In this document: in pieces, positions 6,977 to 15,346 of the stretch | Layout: each line of letters starts with the position of its first letter | Numbering within the stretch: position 1 is the stretch's first letter | DNA from: Candidatus Rifleibacteriota bacterium | Lineage (GTDB): Bacteria > Muiribacteriota > Ozemobacteria > Ozemobacterales > Ozemobacteraceae | Assembly: GCA_051747585.1 (NCBI GenBank) | Contig: JBNJGH010000018.1 | Coordinates: forward strand, 1 to 45,267 | Direction: 5' to 3' | Length of the DNA stretch: 45,267 nucleotides | The notes under the pieces: generated by a model | The model's input: the letters and a program-made list of their open reading frames with translations, nothing else | What the model was told of the DNA's origin: nothing | The model's database searches: none | Translations under genes and position numbers: made by a program

Positions 6977-9922
6977 ATGGCCAAAGCAAGTTTCATGTCT
7001 ATGAGATGGCTCAGACTGCATATCAAAGAGATCATCTGGACAACTGTAATTCTATTTGTTAGTTCTATTTTCGTTATTGGCTACGGAACAAGCAGAGCGG
7101 TTTCGCGCCAGAAAGAAAGAGAAAAACTGGCAAAAGAAGCAGAAAAAAGAGCTGCAGCCCAGGAAAATGCTATTCCAAGCAACCTCCAGGGAAAATTGAA
7201 TTTACCGGTAGCTCATATCTCTTACCCAACCCGGACGGCATCTTTAACTACCACTATTGATGTTAAATCCCTATGGCAATCAGTCAAAGACTCGCCCCAG
7301 TATCAGCAGCTTGCCCAAATGCCTGAAGGCATTAAAGGGTTTTACAGCAAAATGATCAAAGAAAAAGCCCTTGAAACTCTTATAACTATGAATCTGGTAG
7401 ATTTATTCGCTCAAGCTAATAATATTAAACCCCAGACTACTGCACAAGCCATAGTTGAACGCGACATGCAGCAGATTTCTCCCACCGAGTTTCAAAGAGA
7501 ACTTAGACGCCAGGGCCTTACGCCACTTGAATGGGGACAGAAACGACTCAAGCAGGTCACAATGCAGGCAGTTGCTCAAACTGTTGTTAAGCCTGTGCCC
7601 CCGGCAAGTGCAACTGAAAACTTTCTAAAAAGTTACTATGAACAAAACAAGGCAAGATTTAAACTTGACGACCAGATATCCTTTAATCATCTCCTGATTT
7701 CTCCCGCTGATTTTACAGGTGAAATAAAAATCAGTGACGAAGAGGTGAAAGATTATTTTGATAATCATCGTCAGGATTTTGTCAGTTCAAAACGTCTTTC
7801 CGTATCCCATATCTATATAGATCCTCAAACACCGACTTACCTGAATGCTATTGAGGTTTCTGATCGAGAAATTCGACGCCGATACTCACAGAACCTTGAC
7901 AAGTACAAAGAGCCGGAAAAAGTTCGTGCCCGCCACATTTTGATTAAACCCCGTAACAGTTTTGACAAAGATCTCCCGGGTTTCAGCATAAATCTACGCA
8001 ATTTCGAAAAAGAAGTAATGGAAGACGCTCTTCTAGTAAGCTTCGAAGCCGGAATATCCAAGCTTAACACCTCTTCTGACATCGGCTATGACTCTTTTGC
8101 CATCGAAACTCAGAACGGGAAAATTTTCTATCCGACCACTGCTTCTCAGGAAAACACCGAAAATGCTCTCGAGCTACCTATTACCGGAGCAACCAAAGCA
8201 ACAGCTTCAGGCAAAGTTTCAATTCTGTTAGATAAAGATGCTATTCCACAGGAATTAATCGTTAAAAGTGGTAATGTATCGGCCAATTTCGCCATCGACT
8301 CTGCATTCAATGAAGAAGACGCTTTTGCCGCAGCAAAAAAAGAAAGCGAAGAGATTCTGGAAGAAATTAACAATGGAAAAGACTTTGCCAAAATGGCAGA
8401 AGCTCACTCACAAGACACCGGATCTGCCAAAAAAGGCGGCGACCTTGGAGCATTTGCCCGCGGAGCAATGGTAAAACCATTCGAAGAAGTTGCTTTTTCT
8501 ACTAATGTTGGTGAAATCACCGACCCGGTTAAATCACAATTTGGTTATCACATAATCAAAGTAGAAGAAAAAATACCTCAAAAAGTTAAAAAACTCGACG
8601 AAGTCAGACCTGAAATTGTTACTGAATATAAGCAGGAAATGGCTGATATTAAAGCAGAAAACGACTTAGGAAACGCTCGTCAAAAGCTTATCTATAAAAC
8701 CGACAATATTAAAAATCTGGTTAAACTTCATTCAATGGGAGCTTCACGTAAAAACGACGGGAAATTACCGGTTTTCTTCAAAGGCAAAATTACAGACGAC
8801 TATTCCGAATCTCAGAAAAAAATTCTCGCCGAAGAAATATCTGAAGATGGCGTCAGCATAGCTCCAGAAATAGAGGCAAGCCTGTTCACCATGCAGGAAG
8901 GTCAGGTATCAAAAGTAATTAGAACCGGCAAAGGTCTGCACCTGTTTGTTCTGCACGAAATTCTTGAACCAGTCCAACTAAGTCTGACGCCCAGCTTGAA
9001 GGCTAAAATTCACAATATCCTGGAAGAAGAAGCGCAAAGGGAACTCGCGAAGGAAACTGCGCAAAAGCTTAGAAGTAATTATCCCGATGCCGGAGTAGAG
9101 TTTCTTGCTCAAACCTATAAAGCCGGTGAAGAAAGCGAAGCCAAAGTAAGCTTTGAAGATTTACCGATCTCTGCAAATCCCGGTTTTTCCAGCTATGCTC
9201 TATCAGATGCAGCGGGAATGTTTTCCGAAGATGGAAGAACCTACCTGCCCGAAGTGCATAAAACACTTATGAAACTAGTTAAAAACAATGAATACGAAGG
9301 CAAGATAGCTGGTCCGGTTGGATCGGATATTGGTTACCATTTCATTGAAGTTACCGATTATCAAGGCAACAGATACGAAGAGTTCGAAGAAATCAAAGAC
9401 AAGCTGAAAAAATGGGTTACTCTACAGCCTTCTCAAAAAGATATCCAGGAATATTTCGAAGAAAACCGCGAACAATTTGCCAAACCTGCAAAAAGAGAAA
9501 TAAGACAAATTGTCTGCAGTGACAAAGCCACCGCTGAAGAAGTTTACCAGCGCCTCAAAAAAGGCGAAATCTTTGCTCTGCTGGCCAAGAAATTTTCTAT
9601 CGATTCCGGATCAGCACAACGCGGCGGTCTGATTCCACCAGTTAAGAAAGGTCAGCTCTCTAAGAACCTGGAAAAAGCTGTATGGCAACTCGAAAAAGGC
9701 GAATTTACCGAACCTGTAAAAACTCCTTATGGATTTGTAGTAGCCTATTTGAACTCTGAAGAAATTCCCGGTTCGAAAGCAGAATTAACTCCTCAGGTTG
9801 TTTCCACCATTAAGAAAGAATTAGGGCAGAAAATACAGGAAGAAGCATGGATGTCATTTATAAAAGGCCTTCAAAACAAAGCTTATGTAATAAGACACCC
9901 CCAGACCATAGAAGAAATCTAA
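6977..9922 (+). CDS. Membrane-anchored parvulin-type peptidyl-prolyl isomerase/chaperone (PpiD/SurA/PrsA-like), 981 aa
   Basis: N-terminal TM, SurA_N-like region, VRARHILIK...DFAKMAEAHSQD.GSAKKGGDLG.F.RG.MVKPFEE.AF...GYHIIKV and a second C-terminal rotamase (FALLAKKFSID.GSAQRGG). Confidence 0.92.
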   Translation: MAKASFMSMRWLRLHIKEIIWTTVILFVSSIFVIGYGTSRAVSRQKEREKLAKEAEKRAAAQENAIPSNLQGKLNLPVAHISYPTRTASLTTTIDVKSLWQSVKDSPQYQQLAQMPEGIKGFYSKMIKEKALETLITMNLVDLFAQANNIKPQTTAQAIVERDMQQISPTEFQRELRRQGLTPLEWGQKRLKQVTMQAVAQTVVKPVPPASATENFLKSYYEQNKARFKLDDQISFNHLLISPADFTGEIKISDEEVKDYFDNHRQDFVSSKRLSVSHIYIDPQTPTYLNAIEVSDREIRRRYSQNLDKYKEPEKVRARHILIKPRNSFDKDLPGFSINLRNFEKEVMEDALLVSFEAGISKLNTSSDIGYDSFAIETQNGKIFYPTTASQENTENALELPITGATKATASGKVSILLDKDAIPQELIVKSGNVSANFAIDSAFNEEDAFAAAKKESEEILEEINNGKDFAKMAEAHSQDTGSAKKGGDLGAFARGAMVKPFEEVAFSTNVGEITDPVKSQFGYHIIKVEEKIPQKVKKLDEVRPEIVTEYKQEMADIKAENDLGNARQKLIYKTDNIKNLVKLHSMGASRKNDGKLPVFFKGKITDDYSESQKKILAEEISEDGVSIAPEIEASLFTMQEGQVSKVIRTGKGLHLFVLHEILEPVQLSLTPSLKAKIHNILEEEAQRELAKETAQKLRSNYPDAGVEFLAQTYKAGEESEAKVSFEDLPISANPGFSSYALSDAAGMFSEDGRTYLPEVHKTLMKLVKNNEYEGKIAGPVGSDIGYHFIEVTDYQGNRYEEFEEIKDKLKKWVTLQPSQKDIQEYFEENREQFAKPAKREIRQIVCSDKATAEEVYQRLKKGEIFALLAKKFSIDSGSAQRGGLIPPVKKGQLSKNLEKAVWQLEKGEFTEPVKTPYGFVVAYLNSEEIPGSKAELTPQVVSTIKKELGQKIQEEAWMSFIKGLQNKAYVIRHPQTIEEI

Positions 9923-9943
9923 CTCTGGCAACTGCTAATAACT

Positions 9944-9975
9944 AAAAGAGGCTGTCCATCGGACAGCCTCTTTTT
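9944..9975 (+). terminator. Intrinsic terminator (symmetric)
   Basis: AAAAGAGGCTGTCC-atc-GGACAGCCTCTTTTT, about 20 bp after the PPIase stop. Confidence 0.85.
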
Positions 9976-10017
9976 AATTATGTTATAATGCGCCAGATTT
10001 ACTTTGGAGCAGAAAGC

Positions 10018-10326
10018 ATGAGACTTGATAAATATTTAAAAGTCACTGGAATAATTAAGCGCAGAACACTTGCTACAGAAGCTTGCCGCCGCGGCCTGGT
10101 AAAAATAAACAATTCCACGGCAAAAGTTACCAGCGAGGTAGCAGCAGGAGATATTATAGATATAAACCTCGCCCACCGCGCAATCCAGATTAAGGTCATC
10201 AAACCGGTTAGCGGTAATTCTTTAAAAAAAGCATTAAGACCCGAGTATTTTACCATTCTGAAAGATGAAAAAGTAAGTCGTGACTATGATTTTGACGACT
10301 TCTGGAAAGACAACCTTGATCAGTAA
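10018..10326 (+). CDS. RNA-binding S4-domain protein (YabO/RqcP/Hsp15 family)
   Basis: MRLDKYLKVTGIIKRRTLATEACRRGLVKIN; GGAG SD before ATG 10018; TGnTATAAT at ~9981-9989. Confidence 0.9.
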   Translation: MRLDKYLKVTGIIKRRTLATEACRRGLVKINNSTAKVTSEVAAGDIIDINLAHRAIQIKVIKPVSGNSLKKALRPEYFTILKDEKVSRDYDFDDFWKDNLDQ

Positions 10327-11107
10327 CAACAAACAACCAATAAAAGCAAAAAAATCTCTGGGCCAGAACTTTTGTATCGACGACAGAATCCCCGCTGAGA
10401 TGGTTCAGCTTCTCGACGCATCGAGTCAAAATGAAATCTGGGAAATCGGGCCAGGCACAGGCAAGCTTACCGAAAAACTTGCCGAAACCGAAGCAGACTT
10501 AACCCTTTTTGAAATTGACAAACGAATGAAGCCATTTCTGGAGGAACAATTTCCTCAGGCAAATATAATCTGGTCTGATTTTCTCAAGGTTTCTTCTACA
10601 AACCTTCCTGACGCAAAAGGGCCCCTGCTGATCTGCGGCAACCTTCCCTATTATTGCGGAACAGCTATCATAAAAAAAATACTTGAAAGCGGCCCCCAGG
10701 CAGAAAAGCTTGTTTTTCTCCTTCAGGAAGAAGTGGCTAAAAAAGCCGCTGCAAAAGTAAACGATAAAGATTACAGCTATATTTCGGTTTTTGTGAAATT
10801 ATTTGCCGAATCTTCAACCGGCTCGGTATTTTCGCCGGCATCTTTTGCTCCCCAACCAAAAGTAAACAGCCAGATACTCATTCTTGAGCCTCTGAAGCTT
10901 GACCAGCAACAAAAAAATAACCGCCTTACAGTTTTAAAGAAAATTTCTCTGCTTTTCTCTCAGCGTCGCAAAATGGTTTTACCCCTTCTGAAAAAGAAGT
11001 TTAACAATATCGACTGGCAGGCACGCTTTGCCAAACTGAAAATCGAAGAAAAAGCCAGGCCCCAGAACATACCTGCCGAGCTATTTTTACACCTTTTCAG
11101 CGATTAA
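10280..11107 (+). CDS. rsmA: 16S rRNA dimethyladenosine transferase RsmA/KsgA
   Basis: AKKSLGQNF, EIGPGTG, EID, GNLPY, LQEEVA, F.PQPKVNS, FSQRRK. Exact start uncertain. Confidence 0.95.
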   Translation: MTMILTTSGKTTLISNNKQPIKAKKSLGQNFCIDDRIPAEMVQLLDASSQNEIWEIGPGTGKLTEKLAETEADLTLFEIDKRMKPFLEEQFPQANIIWSDFLKVSSTNLPDAKGPLLICGNLPYYCGTAIIKKILESGPQAEKLVFLLQEEVAKKAAAKVNDKDYSYISVFVKLFAESSTGSVFSPASFAPQPKVNSQILILEPLKLDQQQKNNRLTVLKKISLLFSQRRKMVLPLLKKKFNNIDWQARFAKLKIEEKARPQNIPAELFLHLFSD

Positions 11108-11108
11108 C

Positions 11109-11933
11109 TCAGGCAAAATCGAAATAGCTGGTGCCTTTTTTTCTTTCTCCTGCCGGAGTTTGCCTGGCAGTTTCAAAGCCAGTCAGATGCTGTATTACCA
11201 TTCCCGCGAGAGTAAGCCCGAAAATAGCAGGCAAATGACTTATCGAAGATTGAATCATTCTTTCTCTTCCTCTTTTTAGAGAAAATTCCTTCATATCACT
11301 TTCGATGAGGTCAGGAGAAAAGGGTAAAACCGGTGGCTCGATCGAGTAAACTACTTTAAAACCGGTTGTTATATCGAAGGCCCTCAAGCGTTTTCTAACC
11401 CTCTTGGCCAGGGGGCAAATTGTAGACCTGGAAATATCGCCGGTTCGTATCATGCTCGGGTCAAGCTTTCCCGCAGCTCCCATGGCAGAGAACAAAGCAA
11501 GTTTCTTTCTAACCGACTCAACTATGAGATGAATTTTTGGGTTAAAAGAATCTATCGCATCTATTACCGCATCGAACTCAGTTTTCAATAGCTCTGCGCT
11601 GTTATCTTCGGAAAAAAATACCTTGCGAGCATCGATAGAGCATTCCGGATTAATCAGAGCGATCCGCTCAGACATTACCCTGGTTTTGTCTTCGCCTATC
11701 GTATTGGTTAAAGCTATATTCTGCCGGTTTATATTGGTAATGCCGACGCTGTCAAAATCAATTATGGTCAATTTACCCACACAGCTTCTGGCAAGGCTCT
11801 CGGCCGCATAAGACCCCACGCCCCCGAGCCCGAAAACTGCTACATGTGAATTTTTGAGTCGTTCCAGCCCCTCGTTTCCCAATAACAGGCCGGTGCGCTG
11901 AAATCTTTTATCCGATGAAAAGCTCATGTGCAT
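11109..11933 (-). CDS. tcdA: tRNA threonylcarbamoyladenosine dehydratase (ThiF family)
   Basis: GLGGVGSYAAESLARS, DFD.V.ITNINRQ, IDAID, SAMGAAGKLDP, T.ICPLAK.VRKRLR, VVYSIE. Confidence 0.92.
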   Translation of the reverse strand: MHMSFSSDKRFQRTGLLLGNEGLERLKNSHVAVFGLGGVGSYAAESLARSCVGKLTIIDFDSVGITNINRQNIALTNTIGEDKTRVMSERIALINPECSIDARKVFFSEDNSAELLKTEFDAVIDAIDSFNPKIHLIVESVRKKLALFSAMGAAGKLDPSMIRTGDISRSTICPLAKRVRKRLRAFDITTGFKVVYSIEPPVLPFSPDLIESDMKEFSLKRGRERMIQSSISHLPAIFGLTLAGMVIQHLTGFETARQTPAGERKKGTSYFDFA

Positions 11934-12678
11934 TTTTATATGTTATTTGACTCAGTTTTTCAACACTTATTGTTTTATATTCTGCAATTCTTGCTGCAAT
12001 TTCCTCGAGGCAGGCAGGTTCATTCAGCTTTCCCGGCCAGAAGGCCGGCTTTTGATCCGGGCTGTCGGTCTCTATAAGAAGTCGATTGTTCGGCACAAGA
12101 TTGACCAGCCGCTTTACTGTGTCTGCATTTTTACGAAAAATAGATCCGGAAAATGAGATATAGGCTCCAAGCTCTAAAAAGCGCTCAGCTAATTCAGGTG
12201 AAGCTGCAAACGAATGCATTACAATTGTTAAATCAGAAGCAGCTTCTTTTAACATTGCCAAAGCTTTTTCGTAATGGCCGACAAGATGTATGATCAAAGG
12301 CTTACCAGTATCTCTGGCAAGATCGATCTGCCATTGGAAAGCCGCTACCTGCTTGTCAAATTTAACCGGTGCTCTGCGATCAAGACCACACTCACCTATA
12401 ACCTTGCAAAAAGATTTTTTTAAGGCCTGCGCTATTTCATCGCAACAGTTCTCATAAAAGTTTTCTGAAAAAACCGGATGAACCCCCCAGCCTATTGTTA
12501 CCTGCGAGAACTCCGCCAGTTCAACTATTCGTGCCGGAAACCCGGTAACGCCGGGCACAAGAAAATTTTCAATGCCGGCATCTTCTGCTGCCGAAATCAA
12601 TCCCCCGATTTTTTCCTCTCCCGGGAATCTGTCTAAATGACAATGACTGTCAAATAATTTTATATCTTTATTTCCCAT
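11908..12678 (-). CDS. tatD: TatD family hydrolase/DNase
   Basis: FDSHCHLD, GVHP, IGECGLD, PLIIH, MHSF, ETDSPD, NEP. Confidence 0.93.
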   Translation of the reverse strand: MGNKDIKLFDSHCHLDRFPGEEKIGGLISAAEDAGIENFLVPGVTGFPARIVELAEFSQVTIGWGVHPVFSENFYENCCDEIAQALKKSFCKVIGECGLDRRAPVKFDKQVAAFQWQIDLARDTGKPLIIHLVGHYEKALAMLKEAASDLTIVMHSFAASPELAERFLELGAYISFSGSIFRKNADTVKRLVNLVPNNRLLIETDSPDQKPAFWPGKLNEPACLEEIAARIAEYKTISVEKLSQITYKNAHELFIG

Positions 12679-12765
12679 ACCTCATCAAATTTTACATTTT
12701 AATTTTTTATTTGCAAGTTACAATTTCACTTCATTCATTTTTTTTCCTAAAAACCTGGAAAATTT

Positions 12766-12978
12766 TAGTAATTATCCATTTAGTAATATTAGCGAGTTTC
12801 AAGACATTTTTGTATTTTTTGTTATGTACTAAATTTGAGCATATCAAAGATTGCTTCGCTCGCAATGACAGCCACAAATTGTCATTGCGAGGAGTTCTGC
12901 GTAGCTTTATGCGAAGCAGAACGACGAAGCAATCTAAATGTCTTGAAACGGTTTATACAAACAAATGGATAATTACTG
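12766..12978 (+). repeat. Nested palindromic element B1 (213 bp)
   Basis: Terminal IR TAGTAATTATCCATTT/AAATGGATAATTACTG; layer 2 GTTTCAAGACATTT/AAATGTCTTGAAAC; layer 3 AGATTGCTTCG/CGAAGCAATCT; inner hairpins TCGCAATGACA..TGTCATTGCGA and GTTCTGC..GCAGAAC. Confidence 0.9.
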
Positions 12979-12996
12979 GGGTAATTTTAATAATTG

Positions 12997-13025
12997 TTGA
13001 TAGTTTTTAAGTTGTACGATATAAT
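12997..13025 (+). promoter_or_regulatory. Sigma70 promoter for the yicC operon (probably leaderless)
   Basis: TTGATA 12997-13002, 17 bp, TATAAT 13020-13025, 8 nt to ATG 13034, no SD. Confidence 0.65.
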
Positions 13026-13033
13026 CACGGTCT

Positions 13034-13909
13034 ATGATTTCAAGTCTAACCGGTTTTGGACGTGCAGCATTTACTGATGAAGCTGGGCGCATCAGCGTCG
13101 AGCTGAAGTCGGTCAACAACCGATTTCTTAACATCGATCTCCATCTACCCTATGGTTTTAACTGGCTCGATGGACTGTTGCGCAAACAGATAAGCAATAA
13201 CGCCTCTCGTGGAAAAATCCACCTTTACCTTGAAGTGGTAGATTACAACCCAAGTCAAGATGTAATCATCAATCGTCCGCTGTTAGAAAGACTAATAAGT
13301 CTAAACACTGAACTTTCCGGCGAAAACAAAACGCCTTTGCCACTTCAACTCGATGGACTTCTTTCTTTACCCGGAGTCATGAAAGTAGATTCAAAAGTAA
13401 TCGACAATGACAGAATGTGGAAACGAATTCAGCCGGTCGTAAAAGAAGCACTGGAAAAATTTATCGATTCACGAAAACGTGAAGGGCAGAATCTTGCCGA
13501 TGACCTTAACCAGAGGTGTCAGAATCTTGCCCGAATTGTTGCAGAAATTGAAAAACAAATACCTGAATTCAAAAAGGTTTTTATTGAAAAGTTCACCCAG
13601 AGAATCACTGACCTGGCCCAGAAGGCCGATGTCGACGAAAATCGACTTAATACTGAAATTGCAATCTGGGTTGATAAAACAGATGTAAGCGAAGAGCTTA
13701 TAAGGCTGAACAGCCATCTTAAAGAATTTAACAATATACTTACGTCAGACAAGCCGGTAGGCAGACGTCTTGATTTTATTGTTCAGGAACTAAACCGTGA
13801 AGCCAACACTCTCAGCAGCAAGATTAGTGATGTGGGGGTTTCCCAACTGGCAATCGATATTAAATGTGAGCTTGAAAAGATTCGCGAACAAGCCCAGAAC
13901 ATTGAATAG
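13034..13909 (+). CDS. yicC: YicC/YloC family endoribonuclease
   Basis: MISSLTGFGR, ELKSVNNRFL, RGK, REG, DVSEELIRLNSH, GRRLDFIVQELNREANT, EKIREQAQNIE. Confidence 0.95.
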   Translation: MISSLTGFGRAAFTDEAGRISVELKSVNNRFLNIDLHLPYGFNWLDGLLRKQISNNASRGKIHLYLEVVDYNPSQDVIINRPLLERLISLNTELSGENKTPLPLQLDGLLSLPGVMKVDSKVIDNDRMWKRIQPVVKEALEKFIDSRKREGQNLADDLNQRCQNLARIVAEIEKQIPEFKKVFIEKFTQRITDLAQKADVDENRLNTEIAIWVDKTDVSEELIRLNSHLKEFNNILTSDKPVGRRLDFIVQELNREANTLSSKISDVGVSQLAIDIKCELEKIREQAQNIE

Positions 13910-13918
13910 GAGCAGAAA

Positions 13919-14221
13919 ATGAAATCCCAACTGCTGAATATTGGTTTTGGAAATGTGGTTGTATCTGAAAGAATAGTTGCAATCGTTGGCCCCGGTTCCG
14001 CACCAATAAAACGACTCAAAGAAGATGCCAAAGAACAGGGCCGCCTTATAGACGCCACCTATGGCAGAAAAACAAGAGCCATTGTTGTAACTGACTCAAA
14101 TCATGTTATTTTATCGGCGATCAATCCTGAAACCGCAGCAATGCGAATGCTTGGAAAAAAAGTGGTTCATGAAAGTCATGAAGATACTTCAGATATGGAC
14201 TCAACGGAGGTTGAAGAATGA
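13919..14221 (+). CDS. remA: Extracellular matrix/biofilm regulator RemA (DUF370)
   Basis: [10 protein letters not shown]...RIVAIV.P.SAPIKRL...[29 protein letters not shown]. Confidence 0.93.
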   Translation: MKSQLLNIGFGNVVVSERIVAIVGPGSAPIKRLKEDAKEQGRLIDATYGRKTRAIVVTDSNHVILSAINPETAAMRMLGKKVVHESHEDTSDMDSTEVEE

Positions 14222-14424
14222 AATTTCGCTCTAGATCAGAAATTACCAACAAAATACCCAACAAATACGATGCCGTTCTCGCAATTTCTAACCGCGTCAA
14301 AATGCTGGTTGACGGCAAAAAACGTCTTGTAGAAGATTACGATGAAAATCAGGTAAAAATTGCAATGGAAGAAATTGCATCAGGAGCCCTTGAAGTTGAG
14401 GTCCAGGAAAAAGGCAAAAAATAA
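14218..14424 (+). CDS. rpoZ: RNA polymerase omega subunit
   Basis: [19 protein letters not shown]...[10 protein letters not shown]; position in the yloC-remA-(gmk)-rpoZ-coaBC-priA synteny. Confidence 0.85.
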   Translation: MKFRSRSEITNKIPNKYDAVLAISNRVKMLVDGKKRLVEDYDENQVKIAMEEIASGALEVEVQEKGKK

Positions 14425-15346
14425 AAGCCGCATACTGATAGTTACTTCAAAGAGCATTGCCAGTGCCATGTCTTGTGAACTGGCGATGCTTTTTCGTCAT
14501 GCCGGTTGCGATGTTTTTTTTGCTCTGCCTGATGCATCCGGCGAATGGGTTTCAACAACTCCAATCAAAGAAATCACCGGCCATCGCCCCTATTCAGAGA
14601 TCCCGCCCGGCTGGTGCAGATCAAAACATCCTTTTGATCTTACGGTTATGCTCGACCCTTCCTTTGAAAGCCTTGAAAAATTATTACAACAACAAGAGCT
14701 CAATGAGATTTACACTTTCATAAAAAAGAAAACCAGACTCTTTGCGGTAATTTCCTCGCAAAAGTCTGATAAATTTGACTATCAAAAGTTTCTTTTTAAT
14801 AATTTCCGCTTTTTTCACTTTTCTGAATTAAATCTCAAACCCGGCAAGGTTTTTCAAAAGTTTTTCTCAAACGCCTTGCGTATGCTTGCCGGAGTTAATA
14901 GCTTGAACAATGCAAAGTGCAATATTATAAACGATGCAACCATTGAAAACGAAACCATTCAAAAGCATTTAAATCTTTTTTACAACTTGCTAAGCCACAA
15001 TGGATTCACCCCCTCAATGGAAAAAGATGCCGCTCTGCAAATTAGATTGATAAACCATAATAATTACAAAAGCTTTTCTGTTCAGTCTCATAACGAAAAT
15101 GAAGAAAAAAACAGCAAATCTATTATAGTTAATTACTTTATCGATGTCCCCTGCAAAGAAAGTTGCCCGCCGAAAACCCGCAATTCACACAGAATAATTG
15201 CCTGGCCCTGCAAGGGCAACATATTTTTTGCCGATAAATACAGTCAAAGACTTTTACCCAACCTACCGGGGCAAAGCTCGTTACAAAGATTCTGCCAATA
15301 TCTTGCCGATAGCTGTTATTATAAACTGAATGAAAAATCCAATTAA
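14396..15346 (+). CDS. Degenerate CoaBC-like protein (flavoprotein-fold N-terminus only recognisable)
   Basis: RILIVTSKSIASAMSCELAMLFRHAGCDVFFALPDASGEWVSTTPIKEITGHRPY resembles the CoaC N-terminus; occupies the coaBC slot; catalytic motifs not seen. TTG 14396 follows AGGAG 14382-14386; TTG 14360 is an alternative start. Confidence 0.6.
   Translation: MRSRKKAKNKSRILIVTSKSIASAMSCELAMLFRHAGCDVFFALPDASGEWVSTTPIKEITGHRPYSEIPPGWCRSKHPFDLTVMLDPSFESLEKLLQQQELNEIYTFIKKKTRLFAVISSQKSDKFDYQKFLFNNFRFFHFSELNLKPGKVFQKFFSNALRMLAGVNSLNNAKCNIINDATIENETIQKHLNLFYNLLSHNGFTPSMEKDAALQIRLINHNNYKSFSVQSHNENEEKNSKSIIVNYFIDVPCKESCPPKTRNSHRIIAWPCKGNIFFADKYSQRLLPNLPGQSSLQRFCQYLADSCYYKLNEKSN

Noticed and set aside
9944..9975. 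Hairpin resembling the family-A TGTCC..GGACA module
   Set aside because: Only the 5-bp stem core is shared; position and U-tract fit an ordinary terminator.
12711..13010. 99-aa ORF (also 19877-20083, 44127-44318, 24648-24842)
   Set aside because: These lie largely within palindromic repeat elements, have no SD or recognisable motifs, and are likely spurious.
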